Below are positions 48,083 through 56,028 of a stretch of DNA of 64,000 nucleotides, one piece after another. Location of the stretch: NCBI GenBank assembly GCA_964525485.1, contig CAZGHH010000001.1, positions 12,455-76,454 of the forward strand, written 5' to 3'. Source of the DNA: an uncultured Candidatus Peribacteria bacterium. Its GTDB lineage: Bacteria > Patescibacteriota > Gracilibacteria > UBA1369 > LOWO2-01-FULL-3. A model generated the notes under the pieces. It worked only from the letters and a program-made list of their open reading frames with translations, searched no databases and was not told the origin of the DNA. The translations under genes were made by a program, and so were the position numbers. Position 1 is the first letter of the stretch, and each line of letters opens with the position of its first letter.

Positions 48083-48850
48083 CTATACTGCTATTCTAAC
48101 AAAAGTCTTAATAGTAGCACCAGCGAGAACCTGCTCGATAGTTTGTTCAGGATTTTTCACGAATTGTTGTTTCAAAAGAGCATTTTCTTCTCTAAATTTC
48201 TTCTCTTTACCCATCATTATTTTTTCGACAATTTCTGCAGGTTTTCCTTCTTTAGCTAGCTGTTCTCTCCAAATTTCTTTTTCTTTATCAACAGCTTCCT
48301 GAGGGACTTCGTCAGGAGAAACGCAAGTCGGATTTGTAGCAGCTGCGTGCATGGCAACATCTCTCGCTATTTCAGTATTTCCACCTTCAAGGGCAATAAT
48401 AACTCCAATTTTTTTATTTGTATGGATATAAGTTCCAATATTACCTCCTTCGACCAAGGCCATTTTGCCAATTTTAATGTTTTCTCCAGCCTTCAATACC
48501 AATTCTTTCACTTCAGGAACTTCAGTATCTTCGGGTTTTAAACTTCCGTCCAATAATTTTTGAGCCAAAAGATCAACAACAGAATTAAAATCTTCGCCTC
48601 TCGCAACGAAATCGGTTTCGCAAAGAAGTGAAGCCATAGCAACTTTGTTGCCTTCAGCTTTCATAGAAACAACACCTTGATGAGTTTCCCTGGCAGCTCT
48701 ATCTACAGCTTTAGCCTCACCTTTTTTTCTTAAAACATCGATAGCTTTATCCATATCTCCATTAGCTTCCTCAAGGGCAGATTTACATGCAGACATAGAA
48801 ACACCGGTCATCTCTCTCAATTCTTTAATTTGCTCAATATTTACTGTCAT
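48083..48850 (-). CDS. tsf: Translation elongation factor Ts
   Basis: 255 aa. UBA-like N-terminus IKELREMTGVSMSACKSALEEANGDMDKAIDVLRKKG. Immediately downstream of rpsB. Confidence 0.9.
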   Translation of the reverse strand: MTVNIEQIKELREMTGVSMSACKSALEEANGDMDKAIDVLRKKGEAKAVDRAARETHQGVVSMKAEGNKVAMASLLCETDFVARGEDFNSVVDLLAQKLLDGSLKPEDTEVPEVKELVLKAGENIKIGKMALVEGGNIGTYIHTNKKIGVIIALEGGNTEIARDVAMHAAATNPTCVSPDEVPQEAVDKEKEIWREQLAKEGKPAEIVEKIMMGKEKKFREENALLKQQFVKNPEQTIEQVLAGATIKTFVRIAV

Positions 48851-48872
48851 AAAAAATTTTAAGTTATTGAAT

Positions 48873-49553
48873 TTATTTTCTAGCAGATTGAACTGCTTCG
48901 AGAACCTTCCCGATAAGGAATTTTAATGACTTAACGGCATCGTCATTCCCGGGAATAGGGTAATCAACCTGTGTAGGATTCGCATTGCTATCACAAATAC
49001 CAATTACGGGAACTTTCATCACTTTTGCTTCTTTCACAACTATTTCATCTTTTACAACATCGGCAACAAATACAACATCAGGTTTTTTTGTAAGGTTTTG
49101 AACACCACCAAGAGAAGTTTCTAATTTTTCGATAGTTTTCTTTAATTGAGAAGCTTCTTTTTTAGTATATTTCTCAAATTCACCATTGGCTTCTTGTTCT
49201 TTTAATGACTTTAAATAATCAATTCTTGTCTTAACAGTAGGGAAGTTAGTCAAAAACCCCGGAATCCATCTGGAAACAACGAAAGGCATCCCGCAAGCTT
49301 TTGCAGATTCTTCGATCAAAGCGATAGCCTGAGGTTTTGTGCTCACAAAAAGAACAGTTTTTCCTTCGGCGACATTTTTACTCAAAAAAGCACAAGCCTC
49401 TTCAAGCATTTTGACCGTCATCTCTAGATTGAATACGTGAACACCGTTTCTTTCACCGTAGAGATATTTTTTCATTCTTGGATCCCATTTCTGGGTTCTG
49501 TGTCCGTAGTGAACCGTGTTGTTCACCATGTCATCATAGATTGTTTTAACCAT
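48873..49553 (-). CDS. rpsB: 30S ribosomal protein S2
   Basis: 226 aa. HYGHRTQKWDPRMKKYLYGERNGVHVFNL signature. Confidence 0.95.
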   Translation of the reverse strand: MVKTIYDDMVNNTVHYGHRTQKWDPRMKKYLYGERNGVHVFNLEMTVKMLEEACAFLSKNVAEGKTVLFVSTKPQAIALIEESAKACGMPFVVSRWIPGFLTNFPTVKTRIDYLKSLKEQEANGEFEKYTKKEASQLKKTIEKLETSLGGVQNLTKKPDVVFVADVVKDEIVVKEAKVMKVPVIGICDSNANPTQVDYPIPGNDDAVKSLKFLIGKVLEAVQSARK

Positions 49554-49631
49554 ATTTTTTATTTAGTTTTCCTTGAAATTAAAAGTTGGCTAACGTAATC
49601 TATTGTAAAAGTGCTTAAAGATCAAGTAAAA

Positions 49632-49868
49632 ATGACAAAAGTTTTAGATAGAACCAGAAAAAAGATAGACAGAATTGATTTAAAACTTCAAAAATACCTC
49701 TCGAAAAGGGAAGTATTGATTAAAAAAATCAAAAAAATCAAAAAAACAAACTATATAAAGACTGAAGACCCCGTTCGAGAAAGAGAAATTTTAAAAAAGA
49801 TCAAAAGTCTATACGTCAAAAAGATATTCAAATCAATAATTAAAATTTCGAAAGAAATTCAGCGCTAA
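49632..49868 (+). CDS. Small AroQ-type chorismate-mutase-like protein (tentative)
   Basis: 78 aa from ATG 49632 (the track starts at GTG 49611). The pattern LDRTRKKIDRIDLKLQKYLSKRE...K...DPVREREIL...IFKSIIKISKEIQ parallels the E. coli AroQ helices. It is very Lys-rich and shorter than usual. Confidence 0.35.
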   Translation: MTKVLDRTRKKIDRIDLKLQKYLSKREVLIKKIKKIKKTNYIKTEDPVREREILKKIKSLYVKKIFKSIIKISKEIQR

Positions 49869-49916
49869 AAATACACGCAAAAAGAACAAAACACTCGCTC
49901 TTATCTCACGAGCTAG

Positions 49917-49945
49917 TTGATTTAGAAGGCATTTTCTGATATAAT
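49917..49945 (+). promoter_or_regulatory. Candidate sigma70-type promoter (TTGATT-17 nt-TATAAT)
   Basis: -35 at 49917..49922, 17-nt spacer, consensus -10 at 49940..49945, 11 nt before ATG 49957. Confidence 0.45.
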
Positions 49946-49956
49946 ATCAAAGAAAT

Positions 49957-50484
49957 ATGGACCAAAACAAAAATAAAAATTCGGGTGAAACAAAAATCAC
50001 AATTACGCTTCCCACAAACGCGTATTTCATTTCAGGAATCAGAGATTTTACTCTGTCGTTCATCAAAAACACGACGAATTTCGCAGAAAAATGGGCATAT
50101 AGAATGCAATCGATAGTCGATGAGCTTTGCAATAACGCAATCGAGCATGGATCATCAGAAGATGATGAAGTAAAAGTAACTCTTTGTCACAAAAAAGACA
50201 AATATATCGAAATAAAAGTAGAAGATAACGGAACAGGGAAAATTAAAACAACAGCTGAGGAAATGCAAAAATTAATGGAGGAGAGGAGAAAAGCTGAATA
50301 TAAATTTATAGGAATAAGAGGACGAGGGCTTCCAAAAATCGTAGCCGAATGGACAGACGAACTAGTTTTTCAAGACAAACCAACGGGAGGACTCATAGTT
50401 ACAGTAAAAAAATACTTAAAAGATCCGAGATATAATTCCGGACTTCCGGAGTCAACTCCGACACATCTAGTACTTAACATCTAA
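49957..50484 (+). CDS. Anti-sigma-factor-type serine kinase (RsbW/SpoIIAB-like HATPase)
   Basis: 175 aa. N-box DELCNNAIEHG, G1 VEDNGTG, G2 GRGLPKI. Confidence 0.8.
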   Translation: MDQNKNKNSGETKITITLPTNAYFISGIRDFTLSFIKNTTNFAEKWAYRMQSIVDELCNNAIEHGSSEDDEVKVTLCHKKDKYIEIKVEDNGTGKIKTTAEEMQKLMEERRKAEYKFIGIRGRGLPKIVAEWTDELVFQDKPTGGLIVTVKKYLKDPRYNSGLPESTPTHLVLNI

Positions 50485-50490
50485 ACATAT

Positions 50491-50922
50491 ATGGCAGAAG
50501 CAACAATTATCACGGAGGATATACTCCTGAAAGATCCAAATAAAAAAGCAAAATTATTAACTATTTCCGGGCAGCTTGACGAAACAAATATCGACAACAA
50601 AGCCCAGGAAGTTTACAAAATTTTTGAAGAAATTCCGGGGAATTTGAGTTTGGTATTTGATTTTGCAGGACTCGAATATATGAATAGTAAATCCATAGGA
50701 TATTTGACGGATTGGTACGGAAAAGTAACGGAAAGAGGTGGAAAAGTTGTAATTTCAAGAGCAAAGCCAAATATAAAAGACATACTTCAAGTTGTCGGAC
50801 TCACGCAGTTAATCAATATTTACGAATCACTGGACGAAGCAAAAGCGTCTGTAAACGATGGGCAGTCAGCCGTAGCAGCGCCGGCACAAGGCCAGGAAGG
50901 AACAACAACATATAACTTATAA
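50491..50922 (+). CDS. STAS-domain anti-sigma-factor antagonist-like protein
   Basis: 143 aa. VFDFAGLEYMNSKSIGYLTDW with conserved Ser, ILQVVGLTQLINIY. Paralogous to 39743..40102. Confidence 0.8.
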   Translation: MAEATIITEDILLKDPNKKAKLLTISGQLDETNIDNKAQEVYKIFEEIPGNLSLVFDFAGLEYMNSKSIGYLTDWYGKVTERGGKVVISRAKPNIKDILQVVGLTQLINIYESLDEAKASVNDGQSAVAAPAQGQEGTTTYNL

Positions 50923-52028
50923 TGGATAATAAAGCTCTTATACTTGGTATTTCAACGCTTGTGGCGGCGATACCGGTAGCAATATGGATCCCGTTATTCT
51001 TCAAGCAATCCGGAATTTCCAAAACGCATCTCGGAATATTATTTTTTATAGGAATTTTGACAGCGCCGGCGTTATTGGGAATTCAATATGTATGGCAAAT
51101 TTATCCGACTCTTGATGTAGCGAGTTTAATAGAAACATCTATAGAAAAAGTGAGCGTGATGTATATGGTCCTTTTTGTGTTTTTTGGAATGTTGGAAGAG
51201 GTAATAAAACATTTTGCCGTAAGAATAATAGATAAAAGAACTTTGGCTGTAAAAACAGTTAATGATGCCCTGAGATTGAGTATTTTATCAGCTCTCGGAT
51301 TTTCGTTCGCTGAAAACATCTATTACCTTTCTCAGTTGTGGAACAACTTAAGCGCAGGAGAATTATTCAGCGTATATGTTTTCAGAAGTGGATTTACAAT
51401 GTGTGCTCACATGATTTTCTCCGGAATATTCGGTTACTATTTTGGCATTTCAAAATTTTCAATTGATATAACGAATCAAGAAAAATTAGTTGGAAAAGAA
51501 GACCGAATAGCAAAAATAATATCGGAAGTAACAAACAAGCCTCTCGCAGAAAGCTACAAGGAAAAAATGATTTTAAAAGGACTTTTAATAGCTGTAGTAA
51601 TGCATGCGATTTTTAATTATCTGCTTCAGTACAACATATTGATTCCTGTGATTCTGTTTGTAGTTGGTGGATTTTTATATTTGAGATTTTTGTTGAAAAG
51701 AAAAACGGGGCATTTGGTTCTGATTACCGATATATCGGAAAAAAAGAAATCAATGTTTGGAAAGAAAGACGAAGACGTGGTGTTGGAACTTCTCGGAATG
51801 TGGTTCAAAGACAAAAGATACGTGGACGTAATACATATCTGTGAAAGACTTTTGGAAAGAGACCCAGACAATAATGTAGTAAAATTATTCAAAGCAAAAG
51901 CAACTGATCAGATAGAAGGCGGTAACGTATATCAAAAAATCTTAACAACCGTCTTGAAAGATAAAGACGATCTGTCTACACGCGATCGCAGCGTTATAGA
52001 TAAATACTTGGAAAAAAAGACGTCTTAA
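50922..52028 (+). CDS. PrsW-family intramembrane metalloprotease with cytoplasmic TPR-like tail
   Basis: 368 aa, multi-TM. LEEVIKHFAV (E-E-x-x-K/H) and VMHAIFNYL motifs. The start overlaps the STAS gene stop by 1 nt. Confidence 0.7.
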   Translation: MDNKALILGISTLVAAIPVAIWIPLFFKQSGISKTHLGILFFIGILTAPALLGIQYVWQIYPTLDVASLIETSIEKVSVMYMVLFVFFGMLEEVIKHFAVRIIDKRTLAVKTVNDALRLSILSALGFSFAENIYYLSQLWNNLSAGELFSVYVFRSGFTMCAHMIFSGIFGYYFGISKFSIDITNQEKLVGKEDRIAKIISEVTNKPLAESYKEKMILKGLLIAVVMHAIFNYLLQYNILIPVILFVVGGFLYLRFLLKRKTGHLVLITDISEKKKSMFGKKDEDVVLELLGMWFKDKRYVDVIHICERLLERDPDNNVVKLFKAKATDQIEGGNVYQKILTTVLKDKDDLSTRDRSVIDKYLEKKTS

Positions 52029-52036
52029 TTTAAGAT

Positions 52037-53173
52037 GTGTGCATGGCTAGACAAGACGCTCGAGTCGCCCTCGTTTTTGACTGGATGACTAATCAAGGAG
52101 GCGCAGAAAAAGTTAATTTGAAACTGCATCAGATGTTTCCGAAAGCTCCGATTTTTACATCTATTTTTAATGCGGAAAAAATAGGGGAGGGATTCGAAGA
52201 CGCGGATATCCGTACATCATTTATACAAAAACTTCCTTTCGCGAAAGAAAAACATCAATGGTATTTGAATTTCATGCCGTATGCGTACGAGTCTTTTGAT
52301 TTAAGCCAATTCGACATAGTGATTTCAAGCTCACATTCATGCTCAAAAGGTATAATCACGAAACCCGAAACTATGCACGTATGTTATTGCCATACACCGA
52401 TGAGATATCTCTGGGATGATTGGCATACATATATTCGTGATTACAAAATGCCTTCAATTATTAAAAGATACGCAAAAAAGAAACTTCATCGCCTAAGAAT
52501 GTGGGATAAAGTAGCGGCAGACAGAGTGGATTATTTCATCGCTAACTCAAAAACCACCCAAAGAAGAATAGACAAATACTACAGACGTCCTTCAACAGTT
52601 ATTCATCCTATGATTAACGCGAACGAATACGAAACTTCTTCCAAAACCAAGGGGTATTTCCTCGCAGTCGGGAGACTTATTCCGTACAAAAGATTCGATT
52701 TAATAGTAAACACATTTAACACTCTTGGCCTTCCATTAAAAATAGTAGGAACAGGTATCGCGGAAAATGATTTAAAGAAAATAGCTAAACCAAACATTGA
52801 ATTTTTGGGGTTCACCGACGACGAAACATTGAAAAAATTATACAGTGAGTGCGAAGCATTGATATTCCCGCAGATCGAAGACTTCGGAATTACTCCACTG
52901 GAAGCCATGGCAAGCGGACGGCCTGTGATAGCATACAAGGACGGCGGAGCTCTCGAGACAGTAATAGATGGAGAAACTGGTGTGTTTTTCACCAAACAAG
53001 ACGAGCTTCATTTAAAAGGAGCCGTCGAGAAGTATTTAAAAGAAAAACATTTATTCAAAAAAGATAAAATCATAGAACAGGCGAATATATTCGACGAAAA
53101 AGAATTCGAACGAAAATTCTTCAAATACATACAACAAAAATGGGATAGTTTTACATCGTCGCTAGAGATATAA
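52037..53173 (+). CDS. GT-B fold glycosyltransferase (GT4-like)
   Basis: 378 aa. C-terminal nucleotide-sugar-binding block FPQIEDFGITPLEAMASGRPVIAYKDGGALETV. Confidence 0.8.
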   Translation: MCMARQDARVALVFDWMTNQGGAEKVNLKLHQMFPKAPIFTSIFNAEKIGEGFEDADIRTSFIQKLPFAKEKHQWYLNFMPYAYESFDLSQFDIVISSSHSCSKGIITKPETMHVCYCHTPMRYLWDDWHTYIRDYKMPSIIKRYAKKKLHRLRMWDKVAADRVDYFIANSKTTQRRIDKYYRRPSTVIHPMINANEYETSSKTKGYFLAVGRLIPYKRFDLIVNTFNTLGLPLKIVGTGIAENDLKKIAKPNIEFLGFTDDETLKKLYSECEALIFPQIEDFGITPLEAMASGRPVIAYKDGGALETVIDGETGVFFTKQDELHLKGAVEKYLKEKHLFKKDKIIEQANIFDEKEFERKFFKYIQQKWDSFTSSLEI

Positions 53174-53849
53174 CGACATTCACGATCGCCCATGCCAAAA
53201 GCACAACCACAAAACCCATTATTCCATACATAACGGACCTTTTCCCTTTTTCTTTGTCGTCCATCACCGTTCCAAACATATAAAGATATCCTCCAAACAC
53301 CATAGCTCCCACAGCGACTATTCCCGCAACACTCAAAACAAATTGAAGCAAATACTTTATATAATAAGGAATCATCCACAACTTCATCTTCCCAGTCTTA
53401 ATACCACATCCAAGTACATCTACCGCAGAAACTTCCCCGACACCACTGACTGGCAAAGTATTTACGGACAAATCTTCACCACTAACACCATCACCTCCAG
53501 TACCTTCTACGCCACCCTCAAACATTATCTTGAAACTACCAGGATTAAGACTTATGTCATTAAATACATTATTGCATTGTTCAACAGTTAAGTGAGTAAA
53601 AGGCAGGATAGTCCCTTGTCCGGATTTATAACAAGACATGGTTTGTTTATCGTATTCCAAACCTTTTTTTCTACAATAACCAACTCCATCTTTTTCACAA
53701 ACAGTCTTATTATTACTGTCAACAACTGGTATCTCTCCAGGAATACAAATTCCTTCATAAAAATCATTCCCATCAGCCAACGCCAGCTGCAAATCAAAAA
53801 ATGAAATCGATAAAAGGATCGCGAATGAAAGAATATATTTTATTTTCAT
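53151..53849 (-). CDS. Secreted Cys-rich protein with C-terminal TrbC/VirB2-like (T4SS-pilin-like) two-helix domain
   Basis: 232 aa. Signal peptide, Cys-containing ectodomain. C-terminal LQFVLSVAGIVAVGAMVFGGYLYMFG...KGKRSVMYGIMGFVVVLLAWAIVNVV matches the two-TM pilin pattern common in Patescibacteria. Confidence 0.55.
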   Translation of the reverse strand: MKIKYILSFAILLSISFFDLQLALADGNDFYEGICIPGEIPVVDSNNKTVCEKDGVGYCRKKGLEYDKQTMSCYKSGQGTILPFTHLTVEQCNNVFNDISLNPGSFKIMFEGGVEGTGGDGVSGEDLSVNTLPVSGVGEVSAVDVLGCGIKTGKMKLWMIPYYIKYLLQFVLSVAGIVAVGAMVFGGYLYMFGTVMDDKEKGKRSVMYGIMGFVVVLLAWAIVNVVISLATM

Positions 53850-53908
53850 AGGTGAATTTTAACATCATTCTTCTTGCATTTAAATATAATTTATATAAGT
53901 TATCAAGC

Positions 53909-55276
53909 ATGACATTGAAGAAGACAAAAAAAACGAACATATCTATAGCGATCGTAGGCCGCCCAAACGTCGGAAAATCGACTCTATTTAACAGATTGAT
54001 AGGTGAACGTAAATCTGTAGTATTTCAGGAGGCCGGCACGACTAGAGACAGAGTAGAACACATCATAGAAATTGGCAAAATATCCGTAAAATTGGTAGAC
54101 ACGGGAGGACTAATGAGTGCAAAGAAAAAAAACAAATCGGAGATCCAAGAAAGCACAGAAAAACAAGCCAAAAAAGGAATAGAACTTGCTGATATAATAT
54201 TGTTTTTGGTCGATGCGAGTGAAGGCCTCACATCTGAAGATCAAGATATAGCGAAACTTTTGAGAGGCTCAAAGAGAAACGTAATATTGATAGCCAATAA
54301 ATGCGATAATCAGAAATTTGAACAAAATACATACGAATTTTTCAAGCTGGGAGTTGGGGAGCCACTGATGATGTCGGTTATTCATAAAATTGGAATTACT
54401 GAATTAGAAGAAGAAATCGAAAGACTAGTGAAGAAAATCAAAAAACCGAAGGTTAAAATAGAAAAGGAAAAGAATGATAAAAGTTTATACGTTTCAATTA
54501 TAGGCCGACCAAATGTCGGAAAATCGTCTTTATTAAACAGTTTATTAGGAGAAGAAAGAGTCGTGGTTTCAGATGTCCCAGGTACTACACGTGATTCTAC
54601 AGATACGGAAATAGAATATAAGGATAATAAAATAACAATAGTGGATACAGCCGGGATTCGGCGTCGCGGGAAGATAGAAAAAGGGATAGAGAATTTCAGT
54701 TTCATGCGCACGCAGGAGTCTATAGATAGATCAGATATAGTTGTGGTTTTAATGGATGCGACGGAAGTCGCAACAGCACAGGATTTACATGTAATTCAGA
54801 TGGCAACCGAAGCTAGGAAAGGCTTGATAATAGCTGTGAATAAAATGGACTTGGCCGACACCGAAGAAAAAGAACAGATCCAGAGAACCCTTGCTTACAA
54901 ATGTGATTTTATTCCGTGGGCGCCACTACATTTCGTATCAGCTAAAAACAAAAAAAATATATTTCAAATAATGGATTCCGTACTGGAAGTTGCCAAAAAT
55001 AGAGAGACTCAAATCCCGACATCTCGTCTCAACGCATTCATCCAAAAAACAATTCTAAAAAACGTTCCAGCGTCCACAGGAATCATTAAATGTAAATTTT
55101 TCTACGCAAACCAAGTCAACATCAATCCACCAAAATTTTATCTGTTTTTTAAAAACGCAAAAAGCCTGCACTTCTCATACAAGCGCTATATAGAAAACGA
55201 AATGCGCAAAGAGTTTGGGTTTTACGGCACTCCCATTAGCCTTACTTTCCGCGAAAACTCTTCAAAAGAGAAATAA
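53909..55276 (+). CDS. der: Ribosome-associated GTPase Der (EngA)
   Basis: Two tandem G domains (GRPNVGKSTLFN/DTGG/NKCD and GRPNVGKSSLLN/DTAG/NKMD) plus a KH-like C-terminus. ATG 53909 preferred over track start 53852. Confidence 0.93.
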   Translation: MTLKKTKKTNISIAIVGRPNVGKSTLFNRLIGERKSVVFQEAGTTRDRVEHIIEIGKISVKLVDTGGLMSAKKKNKSEIQESTEKQAKKGIELADIILFLVDASEGLTSEDQDIAKLLRGSKRNVILIANKCDNQKFEQNTYEFFKLGVGEPLMMSVIHKIGITELEEEIERLVKKIKKPKVKIEKEKNDKSLYVSIIGRPNVGKSSLLNSLLGEERVVVSDVPGTTRDSTDTEIEYKDNKITIVDTAGIRRRGKIEKGIENFSFMRTQESIDRSDIVVVLMDATEVATAQDLHVIQMATEARKGLIIAVNKMDLADTEEKEQIQRTLAYKCDFIPWAPLHFVSAKNKKNIFQIMDSVLEVAKNRETQIPTSRLNAFIQKTILKNVPASTGIIKCKFFYANQVNINPPKFYLFFKNAKSLHFSYKRYIENEMRKEFGFYGTPISLTFRENSSKEK

Positions 55277-56006
55277 AATTTTCTTCATTAAACTCCTCAC
55301 CATATTCCTTTAAATAAGCATCTCTAAATGCAACCCTTCTGTCATTTTCGTGTAACTTCAGAAGGCCTCTTTTTAATACAACATCTTCTCCTACGACTCC
55401 ATGCCGACTTAGTCTTCTTTTAATCTTTCTCAATTGATACTTACGAAAAACAGTTTCAAAGAAAGTACCAATAAAACTAACAAAAAGTATTTCAAAGAAC
55501 TTTCTAAAAATAGTGCTAAAAAAGAATTTCTCTCGATAGAAACTCATGTCTAGCTGGAGTGAAGAATTAGTCATTCCAATCAAATCTCTGGCCCAAAAAT
55601 TTCTTCCAATTATTTTCTCAGACACCTTCAGTTCATCGGACATTTTTCTATCCACGATCGGTCTCAACGTATAAACCCAGTAAGCGAAATAAAAATCCTT
55701 TCTCTTAGCCAGCGCAGTGAAATTCAAATTATCCTCATCAGCAAAAAAGCTAAGGCAAAATTTTCCGGCAGTATTCTCTCTATACGTCCTTACGCCAAAG
55801 ATTCGAAATAAAAAATTCATAAAAAACCTGGCTGTATAAAGCCGTCCATGCTTCGTTACGACGAATAAATCTATATCACTATTTTCATTCGAAACCCCCA
55901 TTGCGTAACTATTGCAAACAAAGCATCCACGCAAAAACGGGACTGAATTCATCAAAAAAGACCATTTTTTGACTTTCTCGAAACTTTTTACATCGATTTT
56001 AATCAT
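55242..56006 (-). CDS. Hypothetical protein with minimal polymerase-beta-type nucleotidyltransferase motif
   Basis: Motif NSYAMGVSNENSDIDLFVV. Start uncertain (56054, 56006 or 55952). The 3' end overlaps der convergently by 35 nt. Confidence 0.4.
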   Translation of the reverse strand: MIKIDVKSFEKVKKWSFLMNSVPFLRGCFVCNSYAMGVSNENSDIDLFVVTKHGRLYTARFFMNFLFRIFGVRTYRENTAGKFCLSFFADEDNLNFTALAKRKDFYFAYWVYTLRPIVDRKMSDELKVSEKIIGRNFWARDLIGMTNSSLQLDMSFYREKFFFSTIFRKFFEILFVSFIGTFFETVFRKYQLRKIKRRLSRHGVVGEDVVLKRGLLKLHENDRRVAFRDAYLKEYGEEFNEENFISLLKSFRGK

Positions 56007-56028
56007 TATTTTAAATATAATCTTCAAC

